A stretch of DNA of 64,000 nt. It comes from Yuukianura sp. NJ FZ-2021 (Eukaryota). Shown in pieces: positions 1 through 12,509 of this stretch. Position 1 is the first letter of the stretch. The number at the start of each line of letters is the position of its first letter. Below the pieces are notes generated by a model. That model was not told the origin of the DNA and did no database searches. It was given only the letters and a program-made list of their open reading frames with translations. Made by a program: the position numbers and the translations under genes. Location: positions 3,472,001 through 3,536,000 of the forward strand of contig CM102289.1 in NCBI GenBank assembly GCA_046563655.1, read 5' to 3'.

Positions 1-1047
1 ATGTCAAATAACCTGAAAGAAACCTGTTTTGTTTACATTGAGGAAGTAAACATTCAAACTTAATATTTCACGAGAGAAGCTACCGGTGTAATGTTCTTGT
101 CAAAATCTTGTCAAAAAAGGTGCAAAATCTAGGTCATTCTCCCCGTCTCTTTGGCGTTATCTTTCATCTTGCTCAAAAATCATTTAAATTGATAAAAAAA
201 ACTAATGAAAATCAAATGTAGAATTACGCCATTATTTCAAATTTCACTTTCATAAATTATAGTCTAAAGCGCAGCACTCAACTCCTTAATGTGTTTATGG
301 ATGAAGTAGGTCACGGGTCCATTTTACTTTCATTGAAGGTGATTTTTGTTTAAATTATGACAATAAAAACAGGCCTTGACCTAAATTCTCGGGTCTTACT
401 CTAAATGTTATGTTTGTCAATGCTCCATAACCTTACCATGCTTTTAGAGCTTTTGGTCTAGCCAAGGTCCATTTTTCATTCTGATCTTGACCTTAAAACA
501 TGGACATCCACGTCACTGTCAAGGTTGTTCTAAGCACTTTCCTATTAATCAACGGAGTTACGCAAGGTCAGTATTCTGAGTCTGAAATATTGGCAATTTA
601 CTGCAATGCGGTGTTATTCAGTTTTTGAATGGTTAATCGCCGTTTTCCAGTTGCGTACTTAATTTTAACTGTTAATTGTATTCAACGATGCAGGTACGGT
701 GGAAAACAACGACGTTGCCAATCAAGAGCGTTTCGATGGCACAGGTACTAAATTGGATTTAAAAGTAAGCCAGACTAGTATGCCTTGTAAGTATGCGTAA
801 TTAATGTTTAATGTCGAGGGCTAACCTGGAAAACCGTAACAAATCGACGCTTGCTTCAAGCTGAAACCCAAGGTTTCTATAGCAACGGTTGCTTCATAAG
901 GTTAAGCAATAAGTCTTGTTTTCCAAAAATCTCACTCCAAACTTTTTTTTCACCCAAGTTTCACCCAGAGTGGCTGAAAAGACATCACGGCGGCTGATGT
1001 ATTTTCGTTTTTGAAATTTTGGGAAGAAAAATATAACAATCGAGGTA

Positions 1048-1938
1048 TTGCTTAACCTTATGAAGCAAGAACTATTCCGTTGCTATAGAAACCTTGCTGA
1101 AACCGGAACAACTGCGCAGGCCAACGTCATTTCAAACAAAAAACGGTCCCTGCGCTTCAAAAGAGTAAATTTTCAACCTTCTTTGTCAGCATCAGAGACA
1201 TCCGATCGGGGGCAGCACCGTCTCGCCTTACGACAAATCGAAAAGATGCCATTCAATGGACAAGCTCCGTTGCAACCGAATTTTCCAACTGCGAATGTCA
1301 ATAAGCCATTGCATTCAGGGTCCAATCAGATGGCTTCAACGGGGCCTTATAGTTTGCCCCCGATGTCAATTTTCCCTCTGGCGTTTAATTCAAATCCGAC
1401 AGCATATCCCAGCCCTTACGCCTTTCCGGGAGTACAACGTGGAGCCTATCAGCAACAATCAATGCAACACCCATTAGGCCAACTTCAAATGAATCCGATA
1501 TACTACTCCGTCCCGCCTTATTTACTTCAAAATCAATTCCAGCAGCCTTTTGCATTTCCCGCTCCAGCAGGACCTTGGACTGGACCACAAATGACCGTCC
1601 CACCGTACTTCCCGCCTCCATTTTTCCCTAGTTCATCGCCTCCATTTCTTCCATATCCAGCAACGTTACATTCACCACCTTCGGACAATACGGTAACTCA
1701 AGCAAATTTTGTAAAATTTACTGAATTTGTAACTTGGAATTTGGTACAGAAAAATTCTACTGGAGATACTAATAGTAGCAGTGAATTTGCACACAGCGAA
1801 GAACAGATCACTCCCACCGTAGTGCCCATTGAACCAGGCGATACAGCACCGGTAGAGGGCAGTACTGATGTGAATTCAGCATCATCAAATTCACAGGTAA
1901 TGAAATACACCATGACAAATAAGTTAAGGCCTAGTTAA
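1048..1938 (+). CDS. Low-complexity Pro/Gln/Phe-rich ORF, hypothetical (possibly a gene fragment)
   Basis: 296-codon open frame in AT-rich DNA; no recognisable domain; start and splicing unresolved. Confidence 0.35.
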   Translation: MLNLMKQELFRCYRNLAETGTTAQANVISNKKRSLRFKRVNFQPSLSASETSDRGQHRLALRQIEKMPFNGQAPLQPNFPTANVNKPLHSGSNQMASTGPYSLPPMSIFPLAFNSNPTAYPSPYAFPGVQRGAYQQQSMQHPLGQLQMNPIYYSVPPYLLQNQFQQPFAFPAPAGPWTGPQMTVPPYFPPPFFPSSSPPFLPYPATLHSPPSDNTVTQANFVKFTEFVTWNLVQKNSTGDTNSSSEFAHSEEQITPTVVPIEPGDTAPVEGSTDVNSASSNSQVMKYTMTNKLRPS

Positions 1939-1982
1939 TAATTGTGCGATGATTACCTCTTTGACATGAATGAAAATGCGAT

Positions 1983-3024
1983 TTAATAGTAGTCTGAGTC
2001 AATGATGCTACTTTTAGCGTACTGGAATTTGGTAGACTGTTTACAATGGAACATTTTGTACTGTGACCACTTCCCGCTCGACCCACATTTCATGCGGGCG
2101 TATTTCATTTTGTAGTTTGCAGGCACAAAGTGAGTTTTGCAGGAAAACATTGCTGAAGTTCCCGGAACTCCGCCGGTGGAACAGTCATGTTCTCCACCGT
2201 CACGATCCAGACACGAAATCTTAATTCCCTGAAATCCAATTCAGAATTAGTAATCAACAAATTTAACATTTAAATTGCGTACTAAGCGGTAATGGTACCT
2301 CTGTTTTTTCTAATATCGGACACTTAATCACATCCTCTCCACTGTCCTCTTTTTCAATGTTGTCGATTCGAGCAATCGGATCTGGAGTGGGGTCGAAGCA
2401 AACCATGTAAGGAAGACCTACGTAGCCATTCGAGCATGCGCACAATTTCAGCGTGGAGTTTCCTCCATCTTGAGCCTGGTTCAAATCAAAATTTTTAAAA
2501 AAGAGGCGCTGAAGAAATGTTAATAACTCGGCACAAAAAGTGCAACTCTGCCACCCCAGTACTTACTTGACAAATGGCGTTTAGCCCACAATCGGCGTCA
2601 CTTTCACAGTCATAACGGCAGCGACGATGTGAGTAGGGGTAATTGTACACGAAAAAGTTAACGTTTTGATACTTTGGAAAGTATGGATCGTGGAATACAC
2701 ATTCGTTTTGTCCCCCGTCACAGTCAGAGTCCGTCAAGCAAGATTTAAAGCAAACATCATTCGGGAGCCCAACATACCCAGTTGCGCATTCGCATTTGGG
2801 AGTCGTCTCCTCGTTGCCTCCATCTTCACAAATAGAATTTCTGCCACAGACGTTGTCACCACATTGTATCCCAATGACTAAAATTAAAAAACAAAACAAG
2901 ACTTTAGAAAATCAAAAATTTAAAAATTATATATGTATACTGTTAAATTATATGAAAGTTACTTACATCTGGGAGAAACAAGAGGAAAGATAAGCGCCAA
3001 TACTAGTAACGATAGTACTTCCAT
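1983..3024 (-). CDS. Secreted Cys-rich protein with EGF-like repeats and a C-terminal Sushi/CCP-like domain (4 exons)
   Basis: Exons ~3024-2967 (signal MEVLSLLVLALIFPLVSP), 2877-2567, 2475-2299, 2228-1983 join in frame via GT-AG; two C.C..GYVGLP..VC EGF-like ends; last exon SC...DC...PGTSAMFSC...CGSSGKWSQ..FHC; TAA at 1985-1983. Confidence 0.75.
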
Positions 3025-3290
3025 GATGCGTCTGCGTGTGGGTGTGACTGTTAAACAATATCCAGTATGGGCTGATTTTCTGTTTGATTAATACGAAATA
3101 TGTTTGGATTGAAACACGTCAGTCCAAGGTTGAATTTCAATCGCAATTCAGGCGTCACATAAACTGGTTTTCAATATTTCCAAAACATTTTCGAATTCCA
3201 CCGATCCTGTGGAATCGTTAAGCTGCGGAAAAGAATTTGAGGATTCAACTTGTTAAAACTGAAGATGAGAAAATTATTTGTTTGTTTTCA

Positions 3291-3732
3291 GGATTTACCA
3301 GTCGAGCAACTTTTGAAACCAGTTTTAGCATTCACAGATCAAATGTCAGGAGGCTCCTCTAATGGCTCCATGATGCTTCAATCTGACATCAACTCCTCAA
3401 ATTCAGCTTCAATGTCTGAAATTGACAAACAACAATAAAATAATTTCCAAAATCTTGCCATCGGTCAAGTTCAACAGTTTCCATTGCAAGGTGGAAGCGT
3501 CCTTGACGAGACAGGAATGTCTAATGCTGAAAATGGTAATGCTGGTTACGAATCCTCTTCCTCAGTTCAACTGTCGTCGGACAGTGACAGCGTCAATCAT
3601 GGCGAGAATGTTGTGACAAATTCACAAGGCCAGTCAGTTCTGGTAAACAATTCTGGAATTCAAAATGAATTTGTCGGAGATGTGTCTGGAGCTGAACAGA
3701 GTTTGGAAGTTTGGAAGAGTTTGAAAGAGTTT
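3291..3732 (+). pseudogene. Ser/Asn-rich exon-like fragment, apparently frameshifted
   Basis: Acceptor ttttcag at ~3290; two Ser-rich ORFs separated by a stop (3250-3438, 3484-3738); donor-like G|GTTAGG coinciding with the start of the 570-bp array. Confidence 0.3.
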
Positions 3733-6143
3733 GGTTAGGAAAAAATTTAGAACTATTATTTAGAAAAGAGTTGTTTTCACTTTTTGCGTTTTAAGAAATT
3801 TCGGCTACGTTAAGTAAATTTTTTAAGTTGAGATTCGAGTTGTGAAAAACGAAATTCGGAATTAGTCTACACGAAGATACATACGACAGAGGACTAGTCA
3901 ATGACTACGCTCGAGATTCCGGCCCCAGTTCACTCGAACTGGCACACTCCGGACTTACCGAGAGAGATTCACACCCCTCCCTGCCCTGTGTCACCTGAAC
4001 AGCTACTTGCAAGCCTCGATCCGTCCTCGCGCCCAATCTACTACAATGCCGTATGTTCTAGCGTATAGAAAAAACCGAAAGTCACGTTAAACGTCAAGTC
4101 AAGTCTCGTTAACTCTAATAATAACACTTCTGCTGCGCATTCAAGCAAGAGACACAGGGACTAAGTTTTTTACCACATCCCCGAACCAATGCGGATTGAG
4201 ACTTTGAAACGATCTGTGCATGGACACATTCGTCAAGAAGTGATTCCGTAGGTTTCGGTTGTGGGATTTAGTATGTGTTCCTAAGTGATGGTACACAGAA
4301 GGTTTAGGAAAAAATTTAGAACTATTATTTAGAAAAGAGTTGTTTTCACTTTTTGCGTTTTAAGAAATTTCGGCTACGTTAAGTAAATTTTTTAAGTTGA
4401 GATTCGAGTTGTGAAAAACGAAATTCGGAATTAGTCTACACGAAGATACATACGACAGAGGACTAGTCAATGACTACGCTCGAGATTCCGGCCCCAGTTC
4501 ACTCGAACTGGCACACTCCGGACTTACCGAGAGAGATTCACACCCCTCCCTGCCCTGTGTCACCTGAACAGCTACTTGCAAGCCTCGATCCGTCCTCGCG
4601 CCCAATCTACTACAATGCCGTATGTTCTAGCGTATAGAAAAAAACCGAAAGTCACGTTAAACGTCAAGTCAAGTCTCGTTAACTCTAATAATAACACTTC
4701 TGCTGCGCATTCAAGCAAGAGACACAGGGACTAAGTTTTTTACCACATCCCCGAACCAATGCGGATTGAGACTTTGAAACGATCTGTGCATGGACACATT
4801 CGTCAAGAAGTGATTCCGTAGGTTTCGGTTGTGGGATTTAGTATGTGTTCCTAAGTGATGGTACACAGAAGGTTTAGGAAAAAATTTAGAACTATTATTT
4901 AGAAAAGAGTTGTTTTCACTTTTTGCGTTTTAAGAAATTTCGGCTACGTTAAGTAAATTTTTTAAGTTGAGATTCGAGTTGTGAAAAACGAAATTCGGAA
5001 TTAGTCTACACGAAGATACATACGACAGAGGACTAGTCAATGACTACGCTCGAGATTCCGGCCCCAGTTCACTCGAACTGGCACACTCCGGACTTACCGA
5101 GAGAGATTCACACCCCTCCCTGCCCTGTGTCACCTGAACAGCTACTTGCAAGCCTCGATCCGTCCTCGCGCCCAATCTACTACAATGCCGTATGTTCTAG
5201 CGTATAGAAAAAAACCGAAAGTCACGTTAAACGTCAAGTCAAGTCTCGTTAACTCTAATAATAACACTTCTGCTGCGCATTCAAGCAAGAGACACAGGGA
5301 CTAAGTTTTTTACCACATCCCCGAACCAATGCGGATTGAGACTTTGAAACGATCTGTGCATGGACACATTCGTCAAGAAGTGATTCCGTAGGTTTCGGTT
5401 GTGGGATTTAGTATGTGTTCCTAAGTGATGGTACACAGAAGGTTTAGGAAAAAATTTAGAACTATTATTTAGAAAAGAGTTGTTTTCACTTTTTGCGTTT
5501 TAAGAAATTTCGGCTACGTTAAGTAAATTTTTTAAGTTGAGATTCGAGTTGTGAAAAACGAAATTCGGAATTAGTCTACACGAAGATACATACGACAGAG
5601 GACTAGTCAATGACTACGCTCGAGATTCCGGCCCCAGTTCACTCGAACTGGCACACTCCGGACTTACCGAGAGAGATTCACACCCCTCCCTGCCCTGTGT
5701 CACCTGAACAGCTACTTGCAAGCCTCGATCCGTCCTCGCGCCCAATCTACTACAATGCCGTATGTTCTAGCGTATAGAAAAAAACCGAAAGTCACGTTAA
5801 ACGTCAAGTCAAGTCTCGTTAACTCTAATAATAACACTTCTGCTGCGCATTCAAGCAAGAGACACAGGGACTAAGTTTTTTACCACATCCCCGAACCAAT
5901 GCGGATTGAGACTTTGAAACGATCTGTGCATGGACACATTCGTCAAGAAGTGATTCCGTAGGTTTCGGTTGTGGGATTTAGTATGTGTTCCTAAGTGATG
6001 GTACACAGAAGGTTTAGGAAAAAATTTAGAACTATTATTTAGAAAAGAGTTGTTTTCACTTTTTGCGTTTTAAGAAATTTCGGATACGTTAAGTAAATTT
6101 TTTAAGTTGAGATTCGAGTTGCCAAAAACTAAATTCGGAATTA
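3733..6143. repeat. Tandem array 1 of a 570-bp unit (~4.2 copies)
   Basis: Near-identical units starting ~3733, 4301, 4871, 5441, plus a partial, slightly diverged copy 6011-6143. Confidence 0.97.
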
Positions 6144-6512
6144 ATCCCAAATTTTGAAAATCTGAGAAAAGAAATGCCTGGTTGACCTGTTACACAATTG
6201 CAAATTGACGTGACTATTCGCTATTTCAAATTCCTTATTTTTTCAAGTTTTTTTCCCATGATTTCTAAAACCGTCCCTATGGATAAAACCGGATAAAAAT
6301 ATTATCCACACTCGTAACATAATGCCTATAATATAACACTCGTAAAAACCTGCGAATCGGCACAGTCTGAAATATCTGGTTTTCGGAGGAATAGACATAC
6401 CCGATTGGTTGCTCCATGTGCTTATCATGTTTATGTACTTTCAAATTGTTATTATTCATATTCGTGCATCGGAAACACAAATCACACCTTAACAGTTAAT
6501 TCGTGTTTGCAA

Positions 6513-7146
6513 AAAGATGAACGAGAACGAGAGAGGGAAGATGACATGGAGAAAGAAGCCATCACTAAAAATCCAAATCTACCAAGTCTACAAACAGCTG
6601 ATACTGAAAAAATGGTAATTTCCAAAAACTAATTCCAAAATTTGCAACTTTTAGAAAAGATTTTTTTTTTTGAAAATTTCGAATTTGGTCTGAACAGGCT
6701 GACAAACTCATCGAAGCTCCTTGATGTATTCAAAGACAGTGCCGACGAACAACCTCTCCTGCAAGCCTACGGTGCTGAGACACTGAATGATTTCATGACC
6801 AAAGTGCTAAGTTTAAGTGCTATCAAGGCAGTAGAGTTGGAACAAAGCATTATGCTAATTCCGGTTTCCTACGTTCATCAAATGATTCCAGCACTGGAAC
6901 AAGCACGTCCACTCGCCCCTTTACGCTGAATTTGCAATCAAATGTCTCTCGGCTGTTGTCAACTTCCACTTGGATTCTCTGCGCCGAGTCGATAAAGAAT
7001 TGTTGAACAAAGTAGCGGATTTGGCAGAGTCCAGAGGCCTTGAACTGAGCGACAGACTTGGAGTGAACATCGCCTCAAATTTTTGCCGGTAACAATGGCA
7101 GAAAACTTGGCGTGAAATTTTGAATCTACCGTGAGAGATGTGAAAC
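6513..7146 (+). pseudogene. WDR3: 3' fragment of WD-repeat protein 3 (Utp12/Dip2 domain), degenerate
   Basis: EREREREDDMEKE...; PLLQAYG...IKAVELEQSIMLIPVSYV; then in a shifted frame AEFAIKCL..VVNFH...LSDRLGVNIA, resembling the Utp12 C-terminal domain; intron ~6615-6697 retained; no WD40 exons upstream. Confidence 0.7.
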
Positions 7147-7186
7147 GTAAGAGGAAACAGAGCGAAAAACTTATCAAAAGAGCCTT

Positions 7187-8247
7187 TGGTGTCCTAGGTC
7201 ATCCTTCCTTGTCCGTTGCAGATTGGTCAAGCAGAGATTGACGTCACAAAAAGAACGCAAACACATTGCGATTGCGATAGGAAAAGAGAAGCTGACATCA
7301 ACAGTTGCCAAAAACTTGCCGACGTCTGGTGGGTTTTCATAGTTTTCGCAAATATCCACATTCCAGTCCTGGCACTTGAGCTCTGTAGGTTGTCCACAGG
7401 TAGTACTTAAGGTGTCCTAGGTCATCCTTCCTTGTCCATTGAAGATTGGTCAAGCAGAGATTGACTTCGCAAAAAGAAGTCAAACATTGCGATTGTGATA
7501 GGAAAAGAGAAGCTGAAATGAAGTTGCCAAAAACTTGCCGCGTGTGGTGGTTTTCGCAAATATCCACATTCCAGTCCTGGCACTTGAGCTCTGTAGTATG
7601 TCCACGGTGAGTACTGTTACGGTTAGGGCATCCCAGGTCGTCCTTCCTTGTCCATTGAAGATTGGTCAAGCAGAGATTGACTTCGCAAAAGTTGAAGTCA
7701 ACCATTACGATAGGAAAGGATAAGCTAAACAAAAAAAAAATTGGCAACTTACCGACGTCGGGTCTTGAAGTCTTCGGAAATATCCAGGTAACAGTGAGGG
7801 CCCTTGAACTTTACAGTTTGTCCACCGTGAGTATGTCCATGTCATCCGTCGTCCTTGTCCATTGACACTGGTCGCTCACAAATTGTTCCGCACAAACGAA
7901 ATTTGCACGGTGTTGCAAAAAAAAGAGAAACTTTTGTGGTTTTTTTTTGCGAGGAACGTAAAGTACGTCTACCCAGGCCGGGTTTCTAAGAATCACTGCG
8001 GGATTTCAAAATGGCGACCGACGACATCGCAACGAGAACCTTCGAGAAGGTTCTAGAAAGACAGTGAACTTCTACTGCTTCTAAGCAGCGACTGCTATAT
8101 GGAAAACAATGGAGACTGTTACTGGCTATGATCGGTTTTCGATATAGCCGAACCTTCCAGAAAGTTCGGAGGGGGAGGGGGGTGGAAGGGGTGGCCTGCC
8201 TCTGGACAGTATAGCAATGCTCATCCATTGTTGTCCAAGTATTAGTA
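7187..8247. mobile_element. Putative non-autonomous element with ~220-bp internal subrepeats, copy 1 (class uncertain, possibly Helitron-like)
   Basis: Motif GTC(A/G)TCCTT(C)CTTGTCC recurs near 7198, 7421, 7638 and (degenerate) 7848; palindrome AGAACCTTCGAGAAGGTTCT at ~8035; G-tract and imperfect hairpin at 8170-8240; diverged second copy at ~14770-16030. Confidence 0.55.
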
Positions 8248-8704
8248 CTTTTGTATGAAGTAAACAGTTATGTATAGTTCCATTCATTTGTTCTAAAAAT
8301 AGCGGGAAAAAAAACGAAATACTACATTCATACCCAATCTACACACCGCAAAAATTTTGAAATTTGATAAAGCAGCATACCATTGGCAAAATTTCGGTTG
8401 ACATTTCGACTTAACAGTACACTCTCTGAAGTGAGTCCTTTGATAAATTTGACACCAAGACATGACAAATTATCGTGTTCAGTTTGGCCTTACTTGATAT
8501 CCGAACCTCTGACCTATTGCCTAATAAATTCTGACTCTGACTGTTTCAGATTCTTCTGCTCCGGCCAAGACGAATTGAATGTCCAGTTCCATTTTCTGGG
8601 GTCTGAAGATTGGTAGCATAAATCTCAAAGGAACGAGATTTCGGCGTCAACTTTACAGTTTACAATACTTGAATCTGAGAACTTAGACACAAGGCATCGA
8701 TACC

Positions 8705-10000
8705 ATGGAAAACAAAGAGATCGTAGCCATTATCGGGAGGTAAGTGTTTCTCGGTCACTGATGATGCTTTTTAGCGATATTAACTTATTGCATTTTATAT
8801 TGTTTGATCTTATTATAGCGGTCTTATTGGAAAGTCTTGGGCAATGCTTTTTGCCTCTGGAGGTCATCAGGTCAGACTTTATGACACGGATCCCGTTGTA
8901 GTAGATTTGGCATTGACAGACATCCGCAACAAACTGGAGAAACTGGAGGAAGATGGGACTCTGAAGAACTCGAAGATACTTTCATCTAAGATGCAATCCG
9001 AGCTCATTTCAAGTAAGATTGCAAGTGAATGAACGCCTCCAAAAAATGTGAGAAGAAAAATCGTTTTAACCGTAGAATATTTTTTTTATCATCATGTCTA
9101 AGGTTATTCTACTCCTGAGGACACCCTCCGGGACGCCACGTATATCCAAGAATGTACTCCGGAACGTCTAGACGTCAAGCGTTCAGTCTTCGTTAACATT
9201 GATGAAGTGTTGAACAAGGTTGGGAACACACAGGCTATTATTGGCAGCTCCAGCTCGGCCATTCCTTCATCGAAGTTTGTAAATGACCTGGGAATCCAAA
9301 CGCAGAGTCTGATTGTTCACCCAGTAAGCAAAGAATGTCTTATTACTATTTATTTGAGTAATTTCTAAAGTTATTGTTATTTGTAATACAGATTAATCCG
9401 CCGTATTTTATTCGGCTTGTCGAGTTGGTTCCGAATCCCAAAACAAATCCAGAGGTCACCTCTCTAAGGTTCGTCAACTTCTGACTGACCTTGGTCAAGC
9501 TCCGGTCATACTTAACAAAGAAATTGCTGGTTTTGCTCAACCTCGAGTTCAGTAAGTTCCTTCTACTGTTACAATTTAGAAATTGAGAATTCAACTATTC
9601 AACTTATTGAGAACGCATAGAGTAATTGATGTGAATTTTTTTTAGATATGCAATTCTCAACGCAACTTGGAACCTCGTCAAGGATGGAGTTTTGAGCGTT
9701 GCCGACGCTGACACTGTAACTCGTGAAGGGCTGGCTCCACGCTATGTCTTTATGGGGCCATTAGAAACAGCGCAATTGAACGCTGATGGTTTCTTAGATT
9801 ACTGTCAACGTTATGGCCAAACAATTTACGGCGTATCAATGGATTCTCAAGTCATTCCCAAATTTACAGTTGGAGCTGCTGCAGATATAGATGCTGGACT
9901 CCAAGCTCTTGTTCCAAATACGGAACTTGCGAGCCGCAGACAATGGAGAGATGCTAACTTGGCAAAGTTGGATCAATTCAAACGGAAACTGAGCTTGTAA
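8705..10000 (+). pseudogene. CRYL1: Lambda-crystallin / L-gulonate 3-dehydrogenase, full length with one frameshift
   Basis: Exons 8705-8739, 8819-9012, 9103-9323, 9392-9551, 9646-10000; [58 protein letters not shown]; frameshift at ~9461-9465 (ACC TCTCT AAG) may be real or an assembly error. Confidence 0.9.
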
Positions 10001-10056
10001 ATCTTTCATCTACTAACTTTAATCATCACAAACTTCCGGTGTACAAAAAAACAACA

Positions 10057-11985
10057 GTTAAACGTCAAGTCAAGTCTCGTTAACTCTAATAATAACACTT
10101 CTGCTGCGCATTCAAGCAAGAGACACAGGGACTAAGTTTTTTACCACATCCCCGAACCAATGCGGATTGAGACTTTGAAACGATCTGTGCATGGACACAT
10201 TCGTCAAGAAGTGATTCCGTAGGTTTCGGTTGTGGGATTTAGTATGTGTTCCTAAGTGATGGTGCAGAGAAGGTTTAGGAAAAAATTTAGAACTATTATT
10301 TAGAAAAGAGTTGTTTTCACTTTTTGCGTTTTAAGAAATTTCGGCTACGTTAAGTAAATTTTTTAAGTTGAGATTCGAGTTGTGAAAAACGAAATTCGGA
10401 ATTAGTCTACACGAAGATACATACGACAGAGGACTAGTCAATGACTACGCTCGAGATTCCGGCCCCAGTTCACTCGAACTGGCACACTCCGGACTTACCG
10501 AGAGAGATTCACACCCCTCCCTGCCCTGTGTCACCTGAACAGCTACTTGCAAGCCTCGATCCGTCCTCGCGCCCAATCTACTACAATGCCGTATGTTCTA
10601 GCGTATAGAAAAAAACCGAAAGTCACGTTAAACGTCAAGTCAAGTCTCGTTAACTCTAATAATAACACTTCTGCTGCGCATTCAAGCAAGAGACACAGGG
10701 ACTAAGTTTTTTACCACATCCCCGAACCAATGCGGATTGAGACTTTGAAACGATCTGTGCATGGACACATTCGTCAAGAAGTGATTCCGTAGGTTTCGGT
10801 TGTGGGATTTAGTATGTGTTCCTAAGTGATGGTGCAGAGAAGGTTTAGGAAAAAATTTAGAACTATTATTTAGAAAAGAGTTGTTTTCACTTTTTGCGTT
10901 TTAAGAAATTTCGGCTACGTTAAGTAAATTTTTTAAGTTGAGATTCGAGTTGTGAAAAACGAAATTCGGAATTAGTCTACACGAAGATACATACGACAGA
11001 GGACTAGTCAATGACTACGCTCGAGATTCCGGCCCCAGTTCACTCGAACTGGCACACTCCGGACTTACCGAGAGAGATTCACACCCCTCCCTGCCCTGTG
11101 TCACCTGAACAGCTACTTGCAAGCCTCGATCCGTCCTCGCGCCCAATCTACTACAATGCCGTATGTTCTAGCGTATAGAAAAAAACCGAAAGTCACGTTA
11201 AACGTCAAGTCAAGTCTCGTTAACTCTAATAATAACACTTCTGCTGCGCATTCAAGCAAGAGACACAGGGACTAAGTTTTTTACCACATCCCCGAACCAA
11301 TGCGGATTGAGACTTTGAAACGATCTGTGCATGGACACATTCGTCAAGAAGTGATTCCGTAGGTTTCGGTTGTGGGATTTAGTATGTGTTCCTAAGTGAT
11401 GGTGCAGAGAAGGTTTAGGAAAAAATTTAGAACTATTATTTAGAAAAGAGTTGTTTTCACTTTTTGCGTTTTAAGAAATTTCGGCTACGTTAAGTAAATT
11501 TTTTAAGTTGAGATTCGAGTTGTGAAAAACGAAATTCGGAATTAGTCTACACGAAGATACATACGACAGAGGACTAGTCAATGACTACGCTCGAGATTCC
11601 GGCCCCAGTTCACTCGAACTGGCACACTCCGGACTTACCGAGAGAGATTCACACCCCTCCCTGCCCTGTGTCACCTGAACAGCTACTTGCAAGCCTCGAT
11701 CCGTCCTCGCGCCCAATCTACTACAATGCCGTATGTTCTAGCGTATAGAAAAAAACCGAAAGTCACGTTAAACGTCAAGTCAAGTCTCGTTAACTCTAAT
11801 AATAACACTTCTGCTGCGCATTCAAGCAAGAGACACAGGGACTAAGTTTTTTACCACATCCCCGAACCAATGCGGATTGAGACTTTGAAACGATCTGTGC
11901 ATGGACACATTCGTCAAGAAGTGATTCCGTAGGTTTCGGTTGTGGGATTTAGTATGTGTTCCTAAGTGATGGTGCAGAGAAGGTT
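10057..11985. repeat. Tandem array 2 of the same 570-bp unit (~3.4 copies, different register)
   Basis: Same unit as array 1 with period 570; starts mid-unit just after the CRYL1 stop; units read GGTGCAGAGAAGG where array 1 reads GGTACACAGAAGG. Confidence 0.97.
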
Positions 11986-12109
11986 GAGTCAAAAATTTAA
12001 AGTTCATTTTACTATTTTTTGAACCAAAATTACGAAACAAACTCCAGATTTTTTCAGTATTATGCATAATGAATCTGTATAATTTTGTCAAAGAAGTTTC
12101 AAAGAAGAA

Positions 12110-12407
12110 GAGTTCCGTCCATGAAACATGAAGAGGAAGTGGGACTGTTGATGGCAGATATCGCTAAGGACTTTCCTCGCTTGCAGTACATTCTAAGGTC
12201 ACTTCAATTTTCAAAACTTAAGTTTTCAGCTAAGTTGACGTTCGTGATATTGATTTGTAAATTTTACTATTTCAGAGAGAATTTTAACATCGTCCTGTAC
12301 GGATTCGGATCCAAAGAACCAATTCTAAAAAGTTTCAAGTCCTTTCTCAACGATGAGTTTATGATTGTAGACATCAACAGACATTTTCCAAAGTTAAAAC
12401 CTAAGAA
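12110..12407 (+). pseudogene. ORC2: Internal fragment of origin recognition complex subunit 2
   Basis: ENFNIVLYGFGSKEPILKSF...IVDINRHFP resembles the ORC2 motif GFN.LLYG.GSK...VVINGFFP; intron 12198-12274 retained; no other ORC2 exons nearby. Confidence 0.75.
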
Positions 12408-12509
12408 TGTAAGTTTCTAAAATCACACTTCTAATACCAACCGGAAGTGAATGTATCAACTGTGCTTGATTGGAAATTTAGGTTCTGCTGAGTTACTGGG
12501 AACCGGCAA

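Noticed and set aside
300..570. Clustered CAAGGTC/GACCTTG motifs as a transposon end or nuclear-receptor sites
   Set aside because: No TIR partner, TSD or functional context found
3733..6143. 570-bp unit as a 5S rRNA, snRNA, tRNA or hammerhead-ribozyme array
   Set aside because: No recognisable sequence of these RNAs and no CUGANGA/GAAA core seen by eye; an Rfam scan is still needed
7174..8228. Many short ORFs here and at 14757-15386
   Set aside because: They arise from non-coding subrepeats and MITE inverted repeats; no protein motifs
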